Source: Candidatus Latescibacterota bacterium (GTDB taxonomy: Bacteria > Latescibacterota > UBA2968 > GCA-2709665). Taken from it: a stretch of 64,000 bases of DNA. The notes under the pieces were generated by a model. That model made no database searches. It saw only the letters and a list, made by a program, of their open reading frames with translations, and had not been told where the DNA came from. This document shows, one piece after another, positions 56,561 to 64,000 of this stretch. The position numbers and the translations under genes are program-made. The stretch is from positions 3,680,001 through 3,744,000 of the forward strand of contig OZ250150.1 of assembly GCA_965237675.1 (NCBI GenBank). The letters run 5' to 3'. Positions within the stretch are counted from its first letter, which is position 1. The number at the start of each line of letters is the position of its first letter.

Positions 56561-57379
56561 ATGCGAATCATCGATCCTCACGTTCACGTGTGGGTGAACG
56601 ACCCTGCCTATCCCTGGGCGTCGGACAATCCGAATCCGCCCACGGAAGATGCGACCTGTGAGCTGTTGCTGGAGCAGATGACGCGTCACGGTACGGAAAA
56701 GACCGTGCTGGTGCAGGTGATTCACTACAAGTGGGACAACCGGTACGCGGGCGACTGCCTGAAAAAATACCCGGACCGCTTTGAAGGGGTCTGTCGCGTG
56801 GACCCTGAGAGTCCGGCCGCGGCCGACGATCTGGAACGATGCGTGGAGGAATATGGTTTCCGTGGCGTACGGCTGAGCCCGTCAGCGGGGCCGGAGGGGA
56901 ACTGGTTCACGTCCCCCGACCTGGACCGGCTCTGGCGGAGAACGCGAGATTTGAACGTGCCCATGTGCATTCTTACGGAGCAGGAGCGCCTTCCGGACCT
57001 GGAGCGCTGGATTCGGAAGTACGAGGATGTTCAGGTTTGCGTGGACCATATGGCCAGACCGCGGGTAAACGTGCCCGATGGCGCCGAAAAACTGCTGCAA
57101 CTCGCCCGGTATCCGCAGGTCTACGTTAAGATTTCGGGCACCTGGGCGGTGTCTCACGAGGCTTATCCGTACCGGGATACCCACTTAGTTGTGAAACAGG
57201 TGTACGACGCGTTCGGACCGGAGCGGCTTATGTGGGGTACCGACTGGCCGCTCGTCGAAAAAGAGTGCGGCTATACCGGAGCGCTGGATCTGGTGAGGAG
57301 GGAGCTGGCGTTTCTGAACGAATCGGACCGGGAATGGATCCTGGGCAAGACGGTGCTCAAGCTCTGGCCGTTCGATTGA
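56561..57379 (+). CDS. Amidohydrolase (amidohydro_2, LigI/fuconolactonase-like)
   Basis: IIDPHVHVW, RGVRL, VDHMA, VKISG, FGPERLMWGTDWP. Confidence 0.9.
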   Translation: MRIIDPHVHVWVNDPAYPWASDNPNPPTEDATCELLLEQMTRHGTEKTVLVQVIHYKWDNRYAGDCLKKYPDRFEGVCRVDPESPAAADDLERCVEEYGFRGVRLSPSAGPEGNWFTSPDLDRLWRRTRDLNVPMCILTEQERLPDLERWIRKYEDVQVCVDHMARPRVNVPDGAEKLLQLARYPQVYVKISGTWAVSHEAYPYRDTHLVVKQVYDAFGPERLMWGTDWPLVEKECGYTGALDLVRRELAFLNESDREWILGKTVLKLWPFD

Positions 57380-57407
57380 CGAATGGCCTGCAGGCGGGGA
57401 GGCATCC

Positions 57408-58226
57408 ATGTATAAGGTGTCGTACAACGGCACGAACAAGAAGGTCCTCTGGCAGGAGATGTGGCGCCACGAGTTCGAAGAGGCCTTGAGGCATGATCCG
57501 ATTGTAATTCTGCCGACCGGATCGGTGGAGCAGCACGGACCCCACTGCCCGATGGATGTCGATATCGTGGGGCCGTTCTACATGGCGGCTTCGGTGGCGC
57601 AGCGGGTGGAGGACTTTCCCGTGATCGTCGCGCCGCCCATCTGGTCCGGGTTTACACACTACAACAAGGGGTTCGCGGGCACCATCAGCCTGCGGATCGA
57701 GACATACCTGAACCTGGTCGGCGACGTCTGCCGGAGCATCTATGACAACGGCTTCAAGCGTATCGTGATGGTGAACGGGCACGGGGGCAATCAGGCGCCC
57801 AATCACGTCGTGCGGGACACCATTGCCGAGGAGAATGTGTTCGTGGTGGCCTATAGCTGGTGGCAGTCCGTCGCGGCGGAAATGCTCGAATGGAGCGACG
57901 CGGATAACGGCAGTGTCGGGCATGGCGGAGAGTGGGAAACATCGGTCATGCTGCATCTACGGGAGCATCTCATCGCGAAGCCCCTTATGAACGACGACGT
58001 CTTCCCGAATCCATTCAGCGAGGAATTCCGCCATTTCGGTGGGTTTTCGGAGCGGCGTCGGGATACGCGCGATATCACCGGAACGATGGGCAGTTCGACC
58101 GTGGCCAGCGCAGCAAAGGGGGAGCGGGTGTTCAACCTGGCGGTGGACCGGCTGGAGCACCTCGTTCGGGAGTACCACGAACAGCCGGTGAGGCAGTACA
58201 GAGAGTTCGGTTCGCACTGTCTGTGA
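57408..58226 (+). CDS. Creatininase family amidohydrolase
   Basis: GSVEQHGPHCP..VD, NGHGGN, GHGGEWETS. Confidence 0.92.
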   Translation: MYKVSYNGTNKKVLWQEMWRHEFEEALRHDPIVILPTGSVEQHGPHCPMDVDIVGPFYMAASVAQRVEDFPVIVAPPIWSGFTHYNKGFAGTISLRIETYLNLVGDVCRSIYDNGFKRIVMVNGHGGNQAPNHVVRDTIAEENVFVVAYSWWQSVAAEMLEWSDADNGSVGHGGEWETSVMLHLREHLIAKPLMNDDVFPNPFSEEFRHFGGFSERRRDTRDITGTMGSSTVASAAKGERVFNLAVDRLEHLVREYHEQPVRQYREFGSHCL

Positions 58227-58251
58227 GAACCGACCGCGTCGAACCGTTCAC

Positions 58252-58298
58252 CGCCTCTCACACCGGCCCAGACGGGCGACGTCGAGGGGCGTTTTTTT
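58252..58298 (+). terminator. Possible terminator
   Basis: CGCCTCTC...GAGGGGCG followed by TTTTTTT. Confidence 0.45.
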
Positions 58299-58490
58299 CC
58301 GAATCGGCGATGGAGGAAGGTAAACGGCCTTAGCGAGTGGTTGGAGGCGAGACGATTAACGATGGCGTTCCGATTGATCCGGGTGACGTGGCTGGTCCTG
58401 TCCGGGTCCTGACGCGACCGGATCGGACGTCGCAGCGCTTCTGAGGGTTTAACGCGACACGAAAAGGCATCCGCCAGGAGGGTCCGAGGC

Positions 58491-60107
58491 ATGTCGAATC
58501 TGCTTTATTTTGATTGTCACGCAACCGTTGGGCAGCGGCCGATGAAACATCCCCGGGTGCGCTGGTCTACCGAGCACCTTCTCGAAGATATGGACCTGGC
58601 CGAGATCTCCGGCGCATTGATAACGCACGGCGTGGCCGTGAGTTACGATCCTATTTACGGTAATGATCGGTTACGGTCGGAACGGGCGAAAGCGCCTGGC
58701 AGGCTCTTTCCCGCGTGGTGTATCGTCCCCGTGGGCGACCCCGGCTTCTTCGCCGACGGCGACTCGCTGATCCGGGCAATGGAGGACGAGGACGTTCGGG
58801 CCGTCCGTCTGGTTCCGGGTGGATTTTCATTGCATCCTGAAGTGGCGGGTTCCACGTTCGAGGTGCTGCAACACCACGGAATCCTGACGTTGCTGGAGGT
58901 GGGGTGGGGAACGCCGGATATTTTTCCGTTCTTTCATGAACTGCTGCGCCGGTATCCACGGCTGCCGGTACTGTTGACGGACCACGTCTGGAGCCAGCAG
59001 CGACACGTTTACGCATTGATGCAGCGGCACGAGAATCTGCACCTGGAATTTTCGTCCTACCAGATCAACCGGGGTATTGAGAAATATGTGGCGGATTTTG
59101 GAGACGAACGCCTGTTGTTTGGTACCGGAGGCACGGAAAAGTCGCCCGGCGCGGCGCGCTTTTACGTGGATTATGCCCAAATCTCTGAGACGTCCAAGCA
59201 GAGGATCGCGGGCGAGAATTTGATGAGGTTGTTGAAGGGACAGGGGCCCGTCGAATCGGCCTCGCCCTCGGAGGGAGCCGATGGAATCGTGGCCGAGGCC
59301 AGGGCGGGTCAACCTCTGTCCGTGCCTGTCCTCGACGCCCACTCCCACGTGCTGCACGAAGGCGGGCAGACAGCAGGTGTGAATTATCTCATGTACGACG
59401 GCGACGCCGAACATATGCTGGCCCTGAACGAGCGTTGCGGCATCGACCGAACCGCCATGATGGGTTGGAATGCGCCGGTCTGCGTGGATGCCCACGACGG
59501 CAACGAAATTGTCTGGCGCGCCATGCGGCAATTCGGCGACCAGGTCATCGGCGTGGCGGTTATCGATCCAACCCATATGACCGCTGCCGAGATGGAGGCC
59601 GAGATACGCCTTCGGTACATCGATCAGGGATTCGTGGGAATGAAACCCTATGTGCGGATGAACCTGAATTACGAAGACGACGGATTCACACCCTGGTGGG
59701 AGTTTGGCAACGAGCACAGCCTGTACGCGTTGATGCACGTGGCAGGGCATACGGGCGGCGTGGCCGGTATCGGAAGGCTTGCGGAGCGGTTCCCGGAGGT
59801 GAGTTGGTTGATCGCGCACGCGGGCGGAAGTTATGCGTTTGCGGAGGAGGTGGCCGCCTGCATTCGGGCGCACCCGAACGTGTATGCGGAGATCACGCTG
59901 ACGCCCGTGACCAACCGTGTGGTGGAGTTTCTGGTGTCGGCAACGGACGAGGACCACGTGCTGTTCGGCACGGATGCCCCTATGAGAGATCCGCGCCAGC
60001 AGCTCGGATGGGTGGTGTGGGCGGCGTTGCCCGTAGAGGTAAGAAAGAAGGTTCTGGGCGGGAATTTCCAGCGCATACTGGATCGCGTGAAGTTGCCTCG
60101 CGCGTGA
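58491..60107 (+). CDS. Two-domain amidohydrolase fusion
   Basis: Domain 1 FDCHAT...RLLFGTG; domain 2 LDAHSH...LMH...IAHAG...LFGTDAP. Confidence 0.85.
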   Translation: MSNLLYFDCHATVGQRPMKHPRVRWSTEHLLEDMDLAEISGALITHGVAVSYDPIYGNDRLRSERAKAPGRLFPAWCIVPVGDPGFFADGDSLIRAMEDEDVRAVRLVPGGFSLHPEVAGSTFEVLQHHGILTLLEVGWGTPDIFPFFHELLRRYPRLPVLLTDHVWSQQRHVYALMQRHENLHLEFSSYQINRGIEKYVADFGDERLLFGTGGTEKSPGAARFYVDYAQISETSKQRIAGENLMRLLKGQGPVESASPSEGADGIVAEARAGQPLSVPVLDAHSHVLHEGGQTAGVNYLMYDGDAEHMLALNERCGIDRTAMMGWNAPVCVDAHDGNEIVWRAMRQFGDQVIGVAVIDPTHMTAAEMEAEIRLRYIDQGFVGMKPYVRMNLNYEDDGFTPWWEFGNEHSLYALMHVAGHTGGVAGIGRLAERFPEVSWLIAHAGGSYAFAEEVAACIRAHPNVYAEITLTPVTNRVVEFLVSATDEDHVLFGTDAPMRDPRQQLGWVVWAALPVEVRKKVLGGNFQRILDRVKLPRA

Positions 60108-60238
60108 GTGCTTTGACATACCATTCGCAGCTTGCACAACGCCCCTTGCACGGGGCGTCGCAGGCGATTTGGCAGGCGTAGAGTTGGGTGGAGACCGGTG
60201 CGAGGGTGTTTCCACGCTCAGGGAGAGAATTCGGAGAC

Positions 60239-61312
60239 ATGGACAGGATACGAGTGGCTCAATTCGGATTAACCCACCCGCATTCCCTGGCGCATCTGAA
60301 GACGCTCCAGTTGTCGGAAATGGTGCGAGGTATTGTGCTGTACGACGACGATCCGGGGGTTGTCACGGAAGTGCACGACTCGATGGGCGAAAAGGTCCAT
60401 GGATCGTATCACGACCTGGATGAAATGCTCGAGAAGGAGTCCTTTGAGGTCGCGATCGCGGATTTTCAGAATCACGTTAATGGCGCGCTTTGCCTCCGGC
60501 TGATTGAGCAGGGGGTGCACGTGATAAGCGAGAAGCCGATTTCCGGTTCCGCGGCGGAACTCTCGCGTGTTGTCGACGCGGCGTCCCGTTTTGGCGTTAA
60601 GCTGGGCGTGATGTACCAGAATCGGTATCACCCTGCCGCACAGGAGGCGCGCCGATTGGTGCAGGAAGGGATCATCGGCCGGGCAACCGGCTGCGAGGCA
60701 AGGATGATCACGTCGCAGGTCAAGTTTCGGAATCCGCGACACTGGTTGTTCGACAGGCGTAGGGCGGGTGGCGGGATCCTCTCGTGGCTGGGATGTCACT
60801 ATATCGATCTGTTGCGTTATGTGTTGGACGATGACGTGGTCGAGGTCTGTGCGATTGCCGATACCCTGAGCGGCGAGGACATTGACGTGGAAGACGTGGC
60901 GTCGCTCGCATTCCGGTTCAGAGGGGGCGCCATCGGGAGCCTGCATGCCGGGTATCAGCTTACGATGAGCATCCCGGGTTATGCGGGTGCGACGTACGAC
61001 AACTACGTGGGGTTTCGCGGCACCGAAGGAAGGGTGTTCTGGAATCCTGTCGATAGGCCGCCTGTATTGCACGCCGAAAGCGCGACTGCGGACTGGCAGG
61101 CCTCCCCGGTGCGCTCGTTTCGATATACGTTGCCCGAGCTGGACTGTTACGGCGGCGCGTTCGGAATTGCGTTCCTGGAACGTTTTTTCCGGGCCGTGAG
61201 CGGAGACGGAGAGCCGCCGGCCACCGGCGAGGACGCGCTCAAGGTGGGCAGGATCATCGAGGCGGCCTACGAGTCCAGCGAAACCGGCCGTCGGGTGGCG
61301 GTGGAGAGGTGA
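60239..61312 (+). CDS. Gfo/Idh/MocA oxidoreductase
   Basis: G.THPH, HVISEKP, GGGILSWLGCHYID, VEDVA. Confidence 0.9.
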   Translation: MDRIRVAQFGLTHPHSLAHLKTLQLSEMVRGIVLYDDDPGVVTEVHDSMGEKVHGSYHDLDEMLEKESFEVAIADFQNHVNGALCLRLIEQGVHVISEKPISGSAAELSRVVDAASRFGVKLGVMYQNRYHPAAQEARRLVQEGIIGRATGCEARMITSQVKFRNPRHWLFDRRRAGGGILSWLGCHYIDLLRYVLDDDVVEVCAIADTLSGEDIDVEDVASLAFRFRGGAIGSLHAGYQLTMSIPGYAGATYDNYVGFRGTEGRVFWNPVDRPPVLHAESATADWQASPVRSFRYTLPELDCYGGAFGIAFLERFFRAVSGDGEPPATGEDALKVGRIIEAAYESSETGRRVAVER

Positions 61313-61388
61313 GTCGGGAAGTGGAAATTGGGAAAGATTGCTTCATTGTCGCTTTTGCCCCGGGTGTCTTGTGGACGATTCCAACGAC

Positions 61389-62201
61389 ATGAGAACATTG
61401 GCGGGGGGAGCGGTACAGTCGCTGGGCCTCGCCGGTTCCCCCGACATGCAGAGCGGGTTCGCCCCGATCGCCCACCGGGCCGGAGTGAATTTCTTTTTCT
61501 TTTACGGCCAGAACTTTAGCGGAATGGTTGACGGTCTGAAGCGCCTGCTCGAGCAGCGCAGGGACAAGGTGTTTATCGCGACGGGTACGGAGTCCCGCGA
61601 CCCGGGTGAAATGCGGGCCTATTTGGACAACGTGCGAAGGATTTTGGGTGTGGATGCGATCGACCTGTTTTTTGCGGAGTATGTGTCGCCGGCCGATGAC
61701 ATTGATGATGTGCTCGGGGAGGATGGCGCGGTGGACGAAATCTGGAAATGGAAGTCCCAGGGAAAAGTCCGCTATGTTGGCGCAACGGCCCATAGTCGGC
61801 CGCTTTCGGTCGCGTTGATCGACAGCGCCCGGATCCAGGTCTTGATGCACCGGTACAATATGGCGCATAGAAAGTCGGAAAAGGCGGTGCTTCCCGCCGC
61901 TGTGGCAGCGGGGATCCCGGTTGTCGCCTTTACGTGTACGCGCTGGGGATCGCTTCTCAAGGGGCATGCCAATTGGCCGGGCCCGGCGCCTACGGCGGCG
62001 GGTTGTTACCGGTTTGTCCTGCAGCATCCGGCTGTCCACCTCGCATTGACCGCGCCGGCCACCGAGACCCACCTGCGGCAAAATCTGACGGTGTTGACAG
62101 AGCCTGGCGAACCGGACCCGGAAGAGATGGCGGCGTGGAAATCATACGGGGACGTGGTTTACGGAGAAGGCGCCGATCCATTTGAAACACGCTGGCCTTA
62201 A
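61389..62201 (+). CDS. Aldo/keto reductase-like protein
   Basis: LGVDAIDLFF, GKVRYVGATAH, MHRYNMAHR..E, YRFVL.HP; start uncertain. Confidence 0.8.
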   Translation: MRTLAGGAVQSLGLAGSPDMQSGFAPIAHRAGVNFFFFYGQNFSGMVDGLKRLLEQRRDKVFIATGTESRDPGEMRAYLDNVRRILGVDAIDLFFAEYVSPADDIDDVLGEDGAVDEIWKWKSQGKVRYVGATAHSRPLSVALIDSARIQVLMHRYNMAHRKSEKAVLPAAVAAGIPVVAFTCTRWGSLLKGHANWPGPAPTAAGCYRFVLQHPAVHLALTAPATETHLRQNLTVLTEPGEPDPEEMAAWKSYGDVVYGEGADPFETRWP

Positions 62202-62214
62202 ATCGGGAGGCAGG

Positions 62215-62982
62215 ATGAGCCGATGGTGTCTGTTGATGTTCGCGGTCGTCGTTGCCGCATCTGGTCCGAGCGCCGGGAATCCGCCGGCAGAGGGATTCAA
62301 TGTTGCCGCTTCGGACGCCAGGGCGATTGAGATTGCCGATGCCGTAATGAGGAATATGGGAGGCCGTCGGAACTGGGACGGAACCCGTTATCTCATCTGG
62401 AAATTCTTCGGCCGGCGGTTGCACGTGTGGGACCGATGGACCGGCGACATCCGCTTTGAGGAGGCCGATCGTGTCACGCTGATGAACATCAATAGCCGAC
62501 AGGGGCGCGTCTGGAAGGGCGGAGAGGAAATCGCGGAGCCGGATTCTTTGAAGAAATATCTGAACCGCGGGTACCGCGCCTGGATCAACGATTCCTACTG
62601 GCTGGTGATGCCCTACAAGCTGAAAGATTCAGGCGTGACGTTGAAGTATCTGGGCGAGGGAAAGATGGAGAACGGGCGGGAGGCGTTTGTATTGGCACTT
62701 ACTTTCGATGACGTCGGGGTGACGCCGCAGAACAAATACGACGTGTACGTGGACAGGGAACGCATGCTGGTGGAGCAGTGGGCGTTCTACAGAAAGGCGT
62801 CCGACGCGGAACCACGGATTGTCGGCCCGTGGGCGGACTGGAAGCCGCACGGCAGGATCCTGCTTTCTGCGAATCGGGGCCGGACATCGCATACCAACGT
62901 GGCCGTTTTCGATGACCTGCCACGCACAGTGTTTGAATGCCCCGATCCCGTTGACATGATGGCGTTCGACAGAGCCAGGTGA
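62215..62982 (+). CDS. Hypothetical exported protein
   Basis: Signal peptide; MGG..NW, WINDSYWLVMPYKLKDSGV, VGVTPQNKY. Confidence 0.8.
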   Translation: MSRWCLLMFAVVVAASGPSAGNPPAEGFNVAASDARAIEIADAVMRNMGGRRNWDGTRYLIWKFFGRRLHVWDRWTGDIRFEEADRVTLMNINSRQGRVWKGGEEIAEPDSLKKYLNRGYRAWINDSYWLVMPYKLKDSGVTLKYLGEGKMENGREAFVLALTFDDVGVTPQNKYDVYVDRERMLVEQWAFYRKASDAEPRIVGPWADWKPHGRILLSANRGRTSHTNVAVFDDLPRTVFECPDPVDMMAFDRAR

Positions 62983-63053
62983 GAACTGACAACACGGATA
63001 TCGCCGACTGTTTTTTTGTTGTGCATTTGCCGCTTTGGAAACGCGGATAAACA

Positions 63054-63085
63054 AAAGAAGGCCCTTCGCTTACGGGGCCTTCTTT
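63054..63085. terminator. Bidirectional terminator
   Basis: AAAGAAGGCCC-10 nt-GGGCCTTCTTT. Confidence 0.75.
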
Positions 63086-63153
63086 CGTGTGTTGTACATC
63101 CGCTTTCTTGTTGATTGCCGGATAATCCACCGTGCGGCGGCGGGTCGGATTTC

Positions 63154-63182
63154 TTGACTTGGGATGTCGATTTGCTTATGTT
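63154..63182 (+). promoter_or_regulatory. sigma70-type promoter
   Basis: TTGACT-17 nt-TATGTT. Confidence 0.5.
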
Positions 63183-63528
63183 GTGAAGACTCTGCGGCGT
63201 CGAAAATAGACCGAATTGATCGGCAATGTGCAGACTGTCGCCTGTCGGGATAGGTTCCAAATAATAAGGGCTTTCCGGCAATCGATTTCTCGTCCGGAAC
63301 GCCCTGTTTCTAGACAAACCAGCCGCTTTGAGGCAAAAATTCCCCGCTTGCCGTCACTGCATTGATTAGCAGGTATTTGTTCGATCGAAAGATGGTAACG
63401 GCGACGGAGGGGTTGGCGGTGGCGAACTGCGCTGCCACGCCTCGACGTATTCCAGAATAGCAGACGATCGCGTAAATCAATTGCCGGGTCACCAAGATTA
63501 CAGATAACAAACCCAAGGGAGGGTGGCT

Positions 63529-64000
63529 ATGCGTTTCTTTGTGAGATGGATCATCATTGGATTGCCGATGTTGTGGCCGGCAATCGGACATGCGCAGTTG
63601 TTGGACGAGAAGCCCAAACCCGCGGGTGGCGATCCGGCGGGCGCATGGATGGCGGACTCGACGTCGCTGCCCGTTTGGGCGGCCCCCAACTTGCTGGCTT
63701 TACTCACCGATCCGTCCATCGACGGAGTGGTAGACGGAACCCTGAAATTGAAGGCCGATTCCGGTACCTACGAGGCGGATTACGTTGCGTCGGTCAAGGT
63801 AAAGCTGACGGTACCTCGTTTGGGGGCCAGCATAGATAGTACGTTTGTCGTGCCGCGGAAACAGGAGGGCGTCTTCGAAATCAAGGATTCAAACCTGATC
63901 CTGGAATACACGCCCGAGGATGAAGAGACGACGGTGAGGGATACGTTGGGATTTACCGTAAGGGAAGATTCCCTGTTTCTGGTACAGGTCGTTCCGCTCG
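63529..64000 (+). CDS. Exported beta-rich hypothetical protein, 3'-truncated by the window edge (absent from the ORF track)
   Basis: GGAGG RBS; MRFFVRWIIIGLPMLWPAIGHA-QLLDEKP..., open to the end of the window. Confidence 0.75.
   Translation, partial: MRFFVRWIIIGLPMLWPAIGHAQLLDEKPKPAGGDPAGAWMADSTSLPVWAAPNLLALLTDPSIDGVVDGTLKLKADSGTYEADYVASVKVKLTVPRLGASIDSTFVVPRKQEGVFEIKDSNLILEYTPEDEETTVRDTLGFTVREDSLFLVQVVPL

Overview
GC-rich (about 60% by eye) bacterial chromosomal window, densely coding, mostly on the + strand. The gene content is many Gfo/Idh/MocA oxidoreductases, amidohydrolases, heparinase II/III-like proteins, a family-5 ABC importer, tandem DUF6785-like membrane proteins and an FN3 lipoprotein. 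It resembles Latescibacterota/Poribacteria-type heterotrophs, which is inference only. In order: a dipeptide/oligopeptide-type ABC operon; tRNA-Arg(ACG); a catabolic enzyme run; an envelope cluster (GT2, TonB/ExbB/ExbD, RND pump, RDD); an FN3 lipoprotein locus; an orphan sigma-54 activator; thrC; a complete IS630; hpnCDE; cobO; an AbrB/VapC toxin-antitoxin pair; a second catabolic cluster built around two tandem DUF6785-like transporters; PAC2; threonine aldolase; and an amidohydrolase run. No CRISPR array, prophage or rRNA was seen. Best leads: (1) the 41.6-53.8 kb cluster of divergent enzymes with an uncharacterised transporter pair; (2) tandem NrdR-like boxes in front of a PAC2 gene rather than a ribonucleotide reductase; (3) short palindromic MITE/REP-like elements that share a CTGCGTTGC...CGCCTTG core and begin at stop codons; (4) a switch-like leader before the amidohydrolase run; (5) a sigma-54 activator with Glu at the phosphoacceptor position. 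All family names come from motif recognition by eye, not from database searches.
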